Origin: Octopus bimaculoides
Lineage: Eukaryota
Direction of reading: 5' to 3'
NCBI RefSeq assembly: GCF_001194135.2
Contig: NC_068992.1
Coordinates: forward strand, 33,506,402-33,570,401
DNA length: 64,000 nucleotides
Position 1 is the stretch's first letter; each line of letters opens with the position of its first letter. A program made the position numbers and the translations under genes. Below, piece after piece: positions 1 to 12,144 of the stretch. The notes under the pieces are model-generated. The model was not told the origin of the DNA, made no database searches, and saw only the letters and a list, made by a program, of their open reading frames with translations.

Positions 1-45
<45 letters not shown>

Positions 46-1199
46 GATGTATATGTATAAATATAAATGCAAATGTGTGTGTTTCTGTGCACACAAAGAT
101 AATCACAAGCCTCTGGTTGGTTCAGTACTATAGTAAAAGACACTTAACTAAGGTGCCATGGATTTGCACTGAACTCCTCCAAATCATGATGTTGGGCGGA
201 TTCAGTCCCATTGAGTAGAGTGACATAAATATATATAATACTTTGAGAATAATGAAAAGTTTCTCAATAGTTGCCTATAAATTTATTTCAATTTTCTTGA
301 TGTTTCTATTAATGATTATTTTCAAATGAGTAAACTCAGATACAAAAGTCATTTTAAAATGGTACTCACTGAATATTTCAGATCAGATATGTATACATAT
401 TTTTTTAGAAATAGAGCAGTCTCAAAATAGAATAACCTAATAAGAATATCTGGTAATGACAAATAGTTTGAGCATTTCTATCAAGGTTTTAACATTAAAG
501 GAATTTTCTCAGAAGCAGGTTTTTATGCCAAGTTAATGAATTTAACTTTTTTTAAATGATTAATAACAAATCTCTAGAAAATTATTAGAAATTTTAAAAA
601 TCATAATTAAGTCCCCATTTAGCCTTCTTTCTTCAAGGTACATAAGTTTTAAAATACCTTAAGCAATCTGGATAAAAGAAATTCACTAAGGCTAAACAAT
701 ATTTTAGTAAATAGGCATTATACTCTCTCAGTTTGATAAAATACATACTTGTGTCTTACATGGTTTATTCAAGCTGAGGACAAACAACTATTTTAAACTT
801 TTTTAAAAGATGTTCCATTATAACAGAAGCTTCCAAAAACTTTTAGACATTATATGCATCATTTGGTAGCCTTTGGAATCTATTTTGGCACAATGAAGCC
901 AGCCAGAGGTAAAATTCTTTTCTATTTGGAAAATAGTTTTTGAACCATGCCAAAAATTTACATTTGTTTTCAATTTAAGCTTCTCCAAAATATTTTAGGT
1001 ACAGTACACTTATAAAGGTTTCATTATGTCTAAATAAATAACAACTGCATTGAAACCCTTACCAATAAAAACAATCCATTAATGAAAACATCTTTTTATC
1101 TTTTTATATACCCAGGCCTATTCCCCATTTTTTAAAAGAGGGGTAGCCACAACAAGACACACACCAGGCATTCCATTCATCTCCCAACTCAAAGAGGTG

Positions 1200-1970
1200 A
1201 ACCCTATTCTATGTTGAAGTCAAGGCATAGAAAAGCAACCCCCAATATCAGCAGCGGGTCCCGACAGCATATGCTGGTTTACCCCTGCAACACCATGCTG
1301 GTTCCATACCTCTTTGAGCAACATCAAATTCACTCACCCATCCACAAACACTCACCAAGCATTGCTATCATTTACAAACTCTCTTGCCTCTCTCACTCTA
1401 ACACCTCTAACCACCAAAGCTTTCCTCACTCCATCCATCCACACAATTGGAGGTCTGCCTCTGGTTCTGCTGCCAACAACTTCTGCCTTCATCACCCTCC
1501 TTACCAACTTTTCTTCATCCATCTTCTCCATGTGGCCAAACATTTGTCTATCCATTTTGGTTGTTAGTTTTTCTCTCATTCTATCTTGCATTCGCACCTC
1601 TTCATTCCTCATCCTGTCCATCCGTGTCACACCGATCATAGCCCTCAAACATCTCAAACACATCTAGTTGCCTCCTTTCCACCTCTCTCAGCCCCCACAT
1701 CTCTGCACCATATAACATTGTCAGCATAATCATGCCCTCATACATACCTCTTTTTGCTTTCATACTCAACCTTTTATTTCTCAGCATACCTTTCACAACT
1801 CCAAGTATCTTCTTCCCCTCCCTCACTATATATCCCACTTCCTCAGTCAACACCCCCACCTCCCCCATCCGCCATCACATGCTATCTCAGATACTTAAAA
1901 ACACTCACTTCTAACATCTCGCCATTTATACTCACATCCATCCTACCATCTTTAATGAAATATTGAAATA
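1200..1970 (-). mobile_element. RTE-clade LINE, C-terminal RT fragment (frameshifted)
   Basis: ORFs 1602-1868 and 1352-1663 join into ...KRGMYEGMIMLTMLYGAEMW...DVFEM/RCLRAMIGVTRMDRMRNEEVR..., the typical RTE post-RT region. Confidence 0.85.
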
Positions 1971-2159
1971 CAAGACATATTGCATACCATCTAGCTGAAT
2001 CATTATTTAACGTGTTTAGAATAATTTTACAAACAAGTAAATTACTTTACTTGACATACGGAACGTTACAAAAGTCAAAACATTTGAACTGTCACTCTAC
2101 TGGTATGTTGGACACAACATTATTATTCAGTAAGCCTCTTGCTCCTAAACCATTCTTTT

Positions 2160-2375
2160 ATTCTTTTACCTGTTTCGGTCATTTGACTGTGGCTTTGCTG
2201 GAGCACCACCTTGAAGGTTTTCTTTTTATTTGAACAAATCAGCCCAGGATTTATTTTTTAAGCCTAATATTTATTCTATCAGGCCCTTTGCTGAACCACG
2301 GAGACATAAACACACTAACACCAGTTGTCAAATGGTGATGGAGGGACAAACACAGACACCAAGACACACACGCAT

Positions 2376-2406
<31 letters not shown>

Positions 2407-2648
2407 NNNNNNNNNNNNNNNNNNNNNNNNNNATATATATACATGCATACATACATACATACATATGCACACACACACACACATACATATATATGATGGG
2501 CTTCTTTCAGTTTCCATCTAACAAATCCACTCACAAGACTTTAGTTGGTTTGAGGTAGAAGACACTTGACCAAATTGCTACATAGTGTGACTGAAACCAA
2601 AACTATGGGGTGAGGAAGCAAGCTTCTTACCATACAGCCACATCTGTG
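2160..2648 (-). mobile_element. tRNA-derived SINE with internal (TA)n/(CA)n microsatellite
   Basis: Tail gtttcggtcatttgactgtggc...gctggagcacc and head ...aaatccactcacaagac...agaagacacttg...cttcttaccatacagcca; related fragments recur at 100-190, 10070-10250, 25815-25950, 36165-36280 and 41580-41650. Confidence 0.7.
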
Positions 2649-3149
2649 CTATGTGGAAGTTTAGAAATTAATTTGTTCTGATTCAACCAATTTTTCTTGT
2701 ATAATACAGTCCATCACATTCTGCTGGTATGTTGTGTTCAACATACCAGTAGAGTGATAGGTCAAATTTTTTGATTTGTAGTGACTTTTGTAATGTTTCA
2801 GATGTCAAGTAAAGTAATCTACTTGTTTGTAAAATTATTCTAAGCACGTTAAATAATGATTCAGCAAGATAGTAAGAAATATTTCTTGTATTTCAATATT
2901 TCACTGAAGATGGAATTTGTCCAAAACAGATATTCTACTCCCACTGACATACAAACTTTAGAAACTTGATGCTTTTCTTTCATATGTGTGTAGGAAACCT
3001 GTAGAATTTCTTAAGTTTCTATGACATAAGAAGCAAATTTTCAAATAAAATGTTATAAAAATATATTTGCCAGTCAGAAATTCACACTATGTACAAAAAT
3101 CTAAAATCTAAAAGTAAGACATTTGTACTATTCACTAAACACACACACA

Positions 3150-4230
3150 CAAGGAAATAACATCTGCAGCAGAGGAAAGAGACCAGTAACTATTTTGCCC
3201 AAGTTTGTGACCATGAAACCAACAACATAATTAGGATAGCTAATGAACTTGAGAGAGATGAAATAAGAACTGATACAGATCTCTCCCCAAGGAGCATTGG
3301 CAAAATCTACTTATCAAAACAACAGACAAAAATTAACTATTAATAGTTCATTAAGAAAATAGTACATGGGTACTTGGTACATAAAGCACAAACCGTAAAA
3401 GGAATATGTCAACAGCATAGCATAGAGTACTGACAAATTTATGACATTTCAATCTGAAGGCTACATCCATGCAACCCAAGAACCTACAGCATAAGAAGCA
3501 GAAAACATTGACAGACAACAAATGTAGGCTGTGCAAGACTGAAAATATTAGCTACATTATTGCCAACTGTGAGAGAATGTCTTCTAGATATTATCTTCCC
3601 ATGAGGCTTGATACAGGGGCCAAAATGATCTGGAATAGGATAAGAAAAACAAAATACCAAATGAATACAAACAAGGAGGGCTGTCAGGCAAAGACAAGGT
3701 AAAAATGGCAAATGCTTGAAGAAGATTCTTTGATAAGAGAAAAGAGAGGAGACAGGTACAAATGTGTCTGAACTGTGCAAGAGATTGAGGGGAAAAAGAA
3801 GTTCACGTGAGAAAAGGAAGGAAGGATGTGAGCAATGAGAGAGAGTAAAGGAAGAAGAGGGACAGAGAGGGACAAACAGACATAAAAGAAGTGAAAGGGA
3901 GAGAGATAGAGAGGAGGAGAGAGGAACCAGTAAAGGATAGAGTTGCATCAATCATATTAAGGACAAATGAAGGTAACCATATTGAGACCAATAGGTCAGT
4001 TAGAAATCAGCTGCCTCTTGGACACAAATGTGGTTAGAAAAATACAGGAGAAAGAGGACATCTATGAACCATTGATAAAGAGTTTGCAAATCCAGTACCC
4101 AAGATACACTTTCAGCTTCAGATGAACTTGGAATCTTGGGAGAGAATGCAAATCCTTAATTCCTATGCTACAAATGATCACAATATCTGAGTCTATAAAA
4201 ATCTATAAGACCTTCTTAAGAATTAAAGGA
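3150..4230 (+). mobile_element. Non-LTR retrotransposon with restriction-like endonuclease (R4/Dong-like), 3' part, interrupted at ~3660-3960
   Basis: EGYIHATQE...DNKCRLCKTENISYIIANC...YLPMRLD (decayed CCHC knuckle and RHD motif), then SCPLDTNVVRKIQEKEDIYEPLIKSLQIQYPRYTF at ~4010-4120. Confidence 0.75.
3660..3960. repeat. Partial copy of the ~650-680 bp repeat unit found at 6390-7020
   Basis: aaaatggcaaatgcttgaagaagattctttgataagaga is shared with 6686-6724, followed by the same GA-rich segment and gaaccagtaaaggatagagt. Confidence 0.85.
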
Positions 4231-6389
4231 TGATGGTTGAATCAGGATACTTTTCTTCACAACCTTACTACCAAGTCAGTAACTGATCAAAATTTACTCT
4301 AAATTAAAAAGAGAAATACATACATATGTATATGTGGACATACAATATATAACCATTGGCTCAACCAACTCTGCTCAGCTTACCAACCAGGTCGGTTTCT
4401 TCTTTCTCAGATTAACCAACACTTCTGCAGCCTGTCTGGAAGTCTGTACAGAGATGACACTCCTTACAGCCACAGGTAAGTTTTGATCATCTGTTGAATG
4501 TACGCAGAAAGCCTTCCATAAATCCTTTAATATCTATAATCTTTATATCTCATTTGAATATTACACCAAACTAGTTAACTTTTAGATGTCATATTCCCAG
4601 CGATCATCTGGTTTTTCCCCCTGCCTTGAAGGTTAAATAACCTCAAACCTTTCCGAGTAGCCCCACAGCCATTACATCTCCACATCCTAAGCCCTCCATG
4701 GATAGAGAGCAGATGTTTTGCTTCACACCATCATTCTCATTTCTGGTAAAATCTTTACCCAGGCTATATTTCAAAATCGTCAGCTTCAATTTCTTACCAC
4801 AAGATAAATATAACTCCATCTTTAATAACTCCTAGATCAAAATCTCCTATTCTACAACGCTAAACTTGGCATCTATAATTGCATCCTTTTTTTCTTTTTA
4901 TTCTTCTTGTACCTTTCTTCATATCTTCGTCTGCCACTACCCCAGCCTTATTCCTTGAATTTTTTCCTTGCCTCTTCCTGTTTTTCTCTATAATGAACTT
5001 CCACCTATTCTCCCAGTACCTTTCTCCCTAATCTCAGCAGTCCTCCTCCTCTGCTACCGCCATCCCTTATCTTCTATTTAATTTATTCTCTCATCCTCTC
5101 ACTCTTCCTAGCCAACAACCATTCCTAATTGATTTCAAGTTTGCTTATTGACATGCCCGACTTCCAGTGGTGTCACCTTTTCACCATATCGACCTTATCT
5201 TACACCTTCCTCTTCCCTCCCGCTCACTTCTACATTTATTCCCTCTCCATCCCCACACCCAATTACCAACAATCTCTTCCTCTCCCTGTCTTATATTTCT
5301 TCTTGCTCTTTCTGTTACCTCTCTACTCCTCTTTCCTATTTCACTTACATCCTCCCTCTCCTTGTCTTTTACTTCTTCCTCTCTCTTCTCCCATTTAACC
5401 TTTCAATCTATAGATACATCTATATCTATCTATCAGTATCTTATATTGTTATATTTCAGGATGACCTTTGTTTTTTNNNNNNNNNNNNNNNNNNNNNNNN
5501 NNNNNNNNNNNNNNNNNNNNNNNNNNNNNNNNNNNNNNNNNNNNNNNNNNNNNNNNNNNNNNNNNNNNNNNNNNNNNNNNNNNNNNNNNNNNNNNNNNNN
5601 NNNNNNNNNNNNNNNNNNNNNNNNNNNNNNNNNNNNNNNNNNNNNNNNNNNNNNNNNNNNNNNNNNNNNNNNNNNNNNNNNNNNNNNNNNNNNNNNNNNN
5701 NNNNNNNNNNNNNNNNNNNNNNNNNNNNNNNNNNNNNNNNNNNNNNNNNNNNNNNNNNNNNNNNNNNNNNNNNNNNNNNNNNNNNNNNNNNNNNNNNNNN
5801 NNNNNNNNNNNNNNNNNNNNNNNNNNNNNNNNNNNNNNNNNNNNNNNNNNNNNNNNNNNNNNNNNNNNNNNNNNNNNNNNNNNNNNNNNNNNNNNNNNNN
5901 NNNNNNNNNNNNNNNNNNNNNNNNNNNNNNNNNNNNNNNNNNNNNNNNNNNNNNNNNNNNNNNNNNNNNNNNNNNNNNNNNNNNNNNNNNNNNNNNNNNN
6001 NNNNNNNNNNNNNNNNNNNNNNNNNNNNNNNNNNNNNNNNNNNNNNNNNNNNNNNNNNNNNNNNNNNNNNNNNNNNNNNNNNNNNNNNNNNNNNNNNNNN
6101 NNNNNNNNNNNNNNNNNNNNNNNNNNNNNNNNNNNNNNNNNNNNNNNNNNNNNNNNNNNNNNNNNNNNNNNNNNNNNNNNNNNNNNNNNNNNNNNNNNNN
6201 NNNNNNNNNNNNNNNNNNNNNNNNNNNNNNNNNNNNNNNNNNNNNNNNNNNNNNNNNNNNNNNNNNNNNNNNNNNNNNNATATATATATATATACATATA
6301 TATATAATATAAATAATATATATATGCATATATAGACACACATAAATACATACATATGTATATATGTATATAGCTATGCATATATTGGT

Positions 6390-7045
6390 ACAGGATGTGA
6401 CAAAGACATAAACAACCATGAAATACAAAAATAACGTTAGGTACACAAAAAAAACAAGCAAAGCGAATGGAAAACGAAATAAGTAACATAAAAAACGACC
6501 CTTCATCAGTTGTTGGCTGTCCAACTCCTTATTTCGAGCATTCAAACAGCAAGATAAGACTTTGAGGGCAGTTGCTCCAACGAACTGAAATTTAAAAAAT
6601 TGTGGATTTCCAGAGGGTCAAAGTTGGCAACAATAACAGGACAAACAAATACGAACAAGGAGGGCTGTTAGGCACAGACGAGGTTAAAATGGCAAATGCT
6701 TGAAGAAGATTCTTTGATAAGAGAGAAGAGACTGGTATAAATGCGTCCGAACTACGCAAGAGATTGGGGGGAAAAGAAAGATCACATGAGAAAAGGAAGG
6801 ATGGACAATGGCCACATGTGAGCAACAAGATAGGGTAAAGGAGGAAGAGGGACAGACAGGCAGAAAATGGTGAGGGGGAGAAAAAAAAGAAGCGAAAGGG
6901 AGAGAGACAGAGAGGAGGAGAGAAGAACCAGTAAAGGATAGAGTCGCATTAATAATATTAAGGAAAAACTTACTTGGAAATGGATGTGTGGTATTCAATC
7001 AAATAATAATATCAATAATATATATATATAATACATATATGTAAA

Positions 7046-7101
<56 letters not shown>

Positions 7102-7865
7102 ATATATGAGAATATGCATATATATGTACATGTATGTACATACCTTCATCTACGTGTATATATAGATGCATATCTGGGTACACGACGTTGCAAAAAAACA
7201 TGGACAAAAGGATAAACAAGGTACACAAAACACACAGGCTACATAGAGAACATTTCCTTCGTCAGCTGCCACCATTATAACACTGGCGTTTAGAAGAGTT
7301 AGGGCAGGACGCATCGTTAAAATGGCTCTTCCCACGGACACAAATTAAATTTGTTTCATGGAGGTTAGTGACGGCCGGAAAACAAGACAGGAAAACGAAA
7401 CAGTGAAATAAAACAAAAACGGCCAGACGTGAAAAAGTATGTGTATATTGAACGCTGTGAAGCACGAACTGGAAGGAAACGGGACGAAGAAGAATGTTCG
7501 TGTGTGCTTGGCGCGGCCAAGACTGAAAAGAATTAGTAGCTGGACACATGTGACCAGCGAAAGGTAGGGAGAAAGAGTCGTAGAGGGAGAAAAAAGGGAG
7601 GAAGTAGAATATAAGTGAGCAACGAGAGATAGAGAGAGATAGCAGTGACGGGGAGAGGCAAAGAACAGTAGAAGGAAGAATGAGAGGGAGAGATAGATAC
7701 AAAGATAGAAAGAGTCGCGTCAGAAAAATAAAAGTTCAAAACTTACTTGCAAGGGTAACGCGTGCGTACGATCGTGTGAGATAAATAATATATGAGTATA
7801 TGCATATATATGTACGTACCTTCATCTACATGTATATATAGATGCATATCTGGGTACATGACGTT
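6390..7865. repeat. Tandem array of related ~650-680 bp units separated by (TA)n
   Basis: Units end in aaaacttacttg(g/c)aa (6966-6980, 7738-7752); taccttcatctac(g/a)tgtatatatagatgcatatctgggtaca recurs at 7141 and 7817 (period ~677 bp). Confidence 0.7.
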
Positions 7866-7965
7866 NNNNNNNNNNNNNNNNNNNNNNNNNNNNNNNNNNN
7901 NNNNNNNNNNNNNNNNNNNNNNNNNNNNNNNNNNNNNNNNNNNNNNNNNNNNNNNNNNNNNNNNN

Positions 7966-9198
7966 ACAGGACGTACTTTGTACAGGGGATCGTAGTTTGG
8001 GTCGTTTTTGTTGGGGGCATTTTCAGAATCAGTCGAATGTAAATACTGAGATATTTTCGAATATCTCGTTTTCGACATAATACTTGAGATATACGGATCA
8101 CCATACCTTACATCGGGACTCCAATAGTTCCACAGTCGAGGAAGCTGTTTCACACCAAACATAATATTGATTGTGAAAAATGCTCTCATTTCCGCAGAAT
8201 TAGTTGGCTGCCATAGTGGATCGATCCTTCCACGAACATATTTGTTTAGTTTCCTCCACAACATTTTCAAAGGAACTTTCAGGTAAAAATAAAAAATAAA
8301 AATAGGGATCTTTTTTAAAACGGGGGCCACATTTTTCATTAATGTTTTACGTAGTGTTTTTGGTACCGAAAGACTTTCAAACTTCGTATACTTATCTATT
8401 TTGTGTTATAGAACAGAAAAATATTTTTGTATTCGAATTTATTTCATGTAAAAAATTGTCTTATTTCGATAATTTCAACCAATCACTGACAAGTATTCAG
8501 TTGTTTATATTTACTCCCTTCGGCTGATTAAGCCATAGCTTCGTTTTATTTGCTTTTTTCATTTTCTTTTCTTCTTCTTCGTTTTATTTGCTTTTGTCTT
8601 TTTAAATTTGCTGTTTTACCCTAACCCTAACCCTATCACCGATAGNNNNNNNNNNNNNNNNNNNNNNNNNNNNNNNNNNNNNNNNNNNNNNNNNNNNNNN
8701 NNNNNNNNNNNNNNNNNNNNNNNNNNNNNNNNNNNNNNNNNNNNNNNNNNNNNNNNNNNNNNNNNNNNNNNNNNNNNNNNNNNNNNNNNNNNNNNNNNNN
8801 NNNNNNNNNNNNNNNNNNNNNNNNNNNNNNNNNNNNNNNNNNAGATCCCAATTTTTTACATGAAATAAATTCGAATACAAAAATATTTTTCTGTTCTATA
8901 ACACAAAATAGATAAGTATACGAAGTTTGAAAGTCTTTCGGTACCAAAAACACTACGTAAAACATTAATGAAAAATGTGGCCCTCGTTTAAAAATAGATC
9001 CAAAAAACATTTCACAGTATTTATACTTGAATAAAGGCGGGAAAGGCTTCCTCTCGCATTATCTCAAAGCTACGAGAATTCAATAACGTGATTTGTTTAT
9101 TTTTTTGGCGATTTTGTAGAGCTTTCGGATACGGCCGGTTTGAACAAATAAAGGGAAATTAATTTTGGCCGGTTACGGCCGGTTTGAACACTAAAGGG
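7966..9198 (-). mobile_element. piggyBac (PGBD4-like, DDE_Tnp_1_7) element, 5' part, with nested foldback insertion
   Basis: WQPTNSAEMRAFFTINIMFGVKQLPRLWNYWS...PYISSIMSKTRYSKISQYLH...DPLYKVRP at 7966-8225; CCCTT-starting terminus (plus strand aaggg at 9194-9198) with duplicated subterminal motif acggccggtttgaaca. Confidence 0.85.
8306..9001. mobile_element. Foldback/MITE-like element with ~153-bp inverted arms and internal (CCCTAA)n
   Basis: 8306-8458 is the near-exact reverse complement of 8849-9001; accctaaccctaaccctatc at ~8617-8636 lies next to the gap. Confidence 0.75.
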
Positions 9199-9229
9199 TA
9201 CATATATGTATATACAAGTATGGTAGTCT

Positions 9230-10075
9230 CTCATAGACCAAGCAAGATGGTTCTGCAATTTCCTGCTGAACAACTGGCATAAATTATTTGTTTAGAGTGA
9301 TCAAATGGATGTGCTATACCAAACTGGTAGTGGGGGAAGATGCACAGTGAGTGTAACAGCTAGAAGAAGAACAGGATGGAGGAAATTCAGAGAACTGTTA
9401 CCTCTGTTGGCTATGACAGTTTTCTCTCTCTAAGTGAAAGGAAGATTGTATGATGCATGTTTATAGGCAGCAATTCTGCATGGTAGTGAGACATGGTCCC
9501 TGAATACTGTGGACATGCAGAGGCTGAATGTGTAATGTAAGTGTACATGTTACAGAGAGCGCTAGTGTTTTGAGAAAGAAGTTAGGCATAGGAGGAATTA
9601 GATGCTGTATGCAAGAGAGAAGATATGACTGGTTTGGTACGTGATGCAGATGAATGCTGACAGTTCCAAAAAGAAGTGCCAATTTCTCAAAGTAGATGGA
9701 ACACATGAAAGTGGGAGGCCCAGGAAAACATGGGATGTAGTACTGAAGAATAACCTCAGGAAGACATACCTTTCAAGTGAGATAACAAAAGACCATGATA
9801 CCTGGTACTCAAGAAGACTCATACTGCACAGCAGAAGTGTTAAGGCTAATCCTTCTGGTGGTGAAAAACAATCGTGGTGGTGCCATGTAAAAGCGCTCAT
9901 GCTGTTAAAGCACCCAGCACAGTTTGTAAAGTGGTTGGCATTAGGAAGGACATCCAGCCATAGAACCTGTGCAAAATCAGACCGGAGCCTCACTCTAGCT
10001 TGCCAACTCTGCACATACCATCCAACCCATGCCAGCATGGACAACAAACGTTAAAATAATGATGATGATGATGAT
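9230..10075 (+). mobile_element. RTE LINE 3' fragment with 3' UTR/SINE-shared tail ending in (GAT)n
   Basis: GWRKFRELLPLLA...RLYDAC...ILHGSETWSL; tail ggtgccatgtaaaagc...ggttggcattaggaaggacatccagc...catccaacccatgccagcatgg...gatgatgatg. Confidence 0.8.
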
Positions 10076-11586
10076 ACACTCACAAGAGGTTTACTACAGC
10101 TGTCATAACCAAATTTACTGACAAGAAAATTGATTGTTGTACCAGGTCTGTATTAACAGACATTTGCCCAGTACACTGTGCAGAGGGACCAAAACTGAAA
10201 CTCCATGGTTATGAAGCAAACTTCTTAACCATACATAACCAGGCCTGTACTCTTAATTGTATGCACACACGCACACATTCACACACACATACACACACAC
10301 ACAGCTACGTAGTTAGCTATGTTATCCCTCAGAGGGACAAAAGGCAAAGTTAACCATAGCAGAATTTGAACTTGGCAATGATGATGAGAAAAAGAGTGGA
10401 ACAATATTGAGTAGTAGTTAACATAGCAGATGGTACAGTTTTAAATTTTATATTTCTGTACAACCAACTCACAAATTACTGCATATTATTATGGCTTTTT
10501 TTTTATCTAGGAAAAGCTGCTTTCTATGTTGAAGACCCATTTCATGTCAGCCACTGTTATGTAACTTTTCAACCAAGATAAAATACTTATTTGATTACAT
10601 ATTAATTTACAACTGAACTAATGATAATAATGGACACGCACACACAAATGAAAATTTAAAATTTTCTGTATATCTCTTGTACTTTCTTATTGTCTCTTCT
10701 ACAACACTGATAAGAATTTGGTCCAACAGTCATACAGAAAATATATACTGTATGTCTGAATTGAACTTGTGTATGCTTACATACACCCACACACACCCAC
10801 ATACATATAAATGTGTGTATATACACACTCACACAGATACTATATATATATATAAATATTACATGCACTCAGACACACATGTATCTGTCAATGTATCGCT
10901 TTATCTAGTATCCACAGCACTTATTCTCAACTTAAGATGCAAATCTAAAGTGTAACCCACAGTTTAAGATACCATGCTATCTAAGCAACAGTTACCAATT
11001 TAAAACACTACATTACCTAAGCTAATGATAAGTAACTTTTATTTAACACATGAACAAGATTAACTTCATTTATAATAAATAAGATGCTTAGTTTTGTTTT
11101 GTAACAACTCTTCAATAATACTGTCAAAGAAATGGCAAAGGTTTTGGTCTTTGAGAAACATTACAATAAAACACAGTAAACATTACTCAGAAAATAGAAA
11201 AATAAAGAAAGAAATAGAGAAAGAATTTAGTTAAGCAGTCATGATCATGATAACGTTCTGTCCGACCAAATAGGATTAGGCTGTGAGATGTTAGGTACAT
11301 CAGAAGGTGATTCCACCGACAGGCTATCATTATATATAAGATGATAACGGAGTGTGAAGCTGAAGAGTTGTCTTGTTCTAATCACATGAAATGAATTTGA
11401 ATAAGCAATAACTGGAAAGTATTTTAAATGAACAGATAATACATTACAAAAGCACTGGTCAACCAACAAAATGGCTGTTTCTTAAATACAACATTGTGGA
11501 TTGGTAGTAACAGAATTGCCTGAAACAGAGCTGATGGTGATCATGAGATACATAAGAGTACTTCAACTAAACAAATTAAAGTAATA

Positions 11587-12144
11587 CTGGGTGCAGCATA
11601 TATTTACCCTTGATTCATTTTGTCATAAAATGTTTAGGTTTTGGTTAATGAAAGTTTATAGATTGATTGTTAGATCATTATCATTTAACATCCATTTTCC
11701 ATGTGGGCATGAGCCAGACAGTTTGAATGGAACTTGTAACCCAGAGAGATGTACCAGTCATCTATTTTGGATTGGTTTCTATGGCTGGATTCCCTTCCAA
11801 TGTCAACCACTTTACAGAGAGTACTGGGTGTTTTATGGGCATCACTGGCATGGGTGCCTTTTATGTTGCAATATTTTACATTTATTTACAATTCAAAATG
11901 GCCACATTTTGTTTTTGCTTATAATTTTTTATACCAGTCATTTTTAAAGTTACAATTTGTTCACATATTGTTTTAGTCATCAAATTCAATTAAAAGTAAT
12001 CAATAAAACAAAAGAATGTTAGGTTAGGAAGTGTTTACGCAACATTTGCGACTAATTTTACAAACAGGGATGTTTCAATTTAATTTTGAATAAAGATTAA
12101 ATTACAACGATTAAATAATGGGGAAATAAATATGCTGCACCCAG
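11587..12144. mobile_element. Tc1/mariner-type MITE with TA TSD
   Basis: TA-ctgggtgcagcatatatttaccc ... gggaaataaatatgctgcacccag-TA; internal SINE-tail fragment ~11670-11870. Confidence 0.75.

Noticed and set aside
5148-6545. Long ORFs of 280-430 aa in the ORF track (also 44568-45924 and 8602-9010)
   Set aside because: Artefacts of N-gaps translated as X.
8617-8636. True telomere
   Set aside because: Only about three CCCTAA units are visible, internal to a foldback element with ordinary sequence on both sides.
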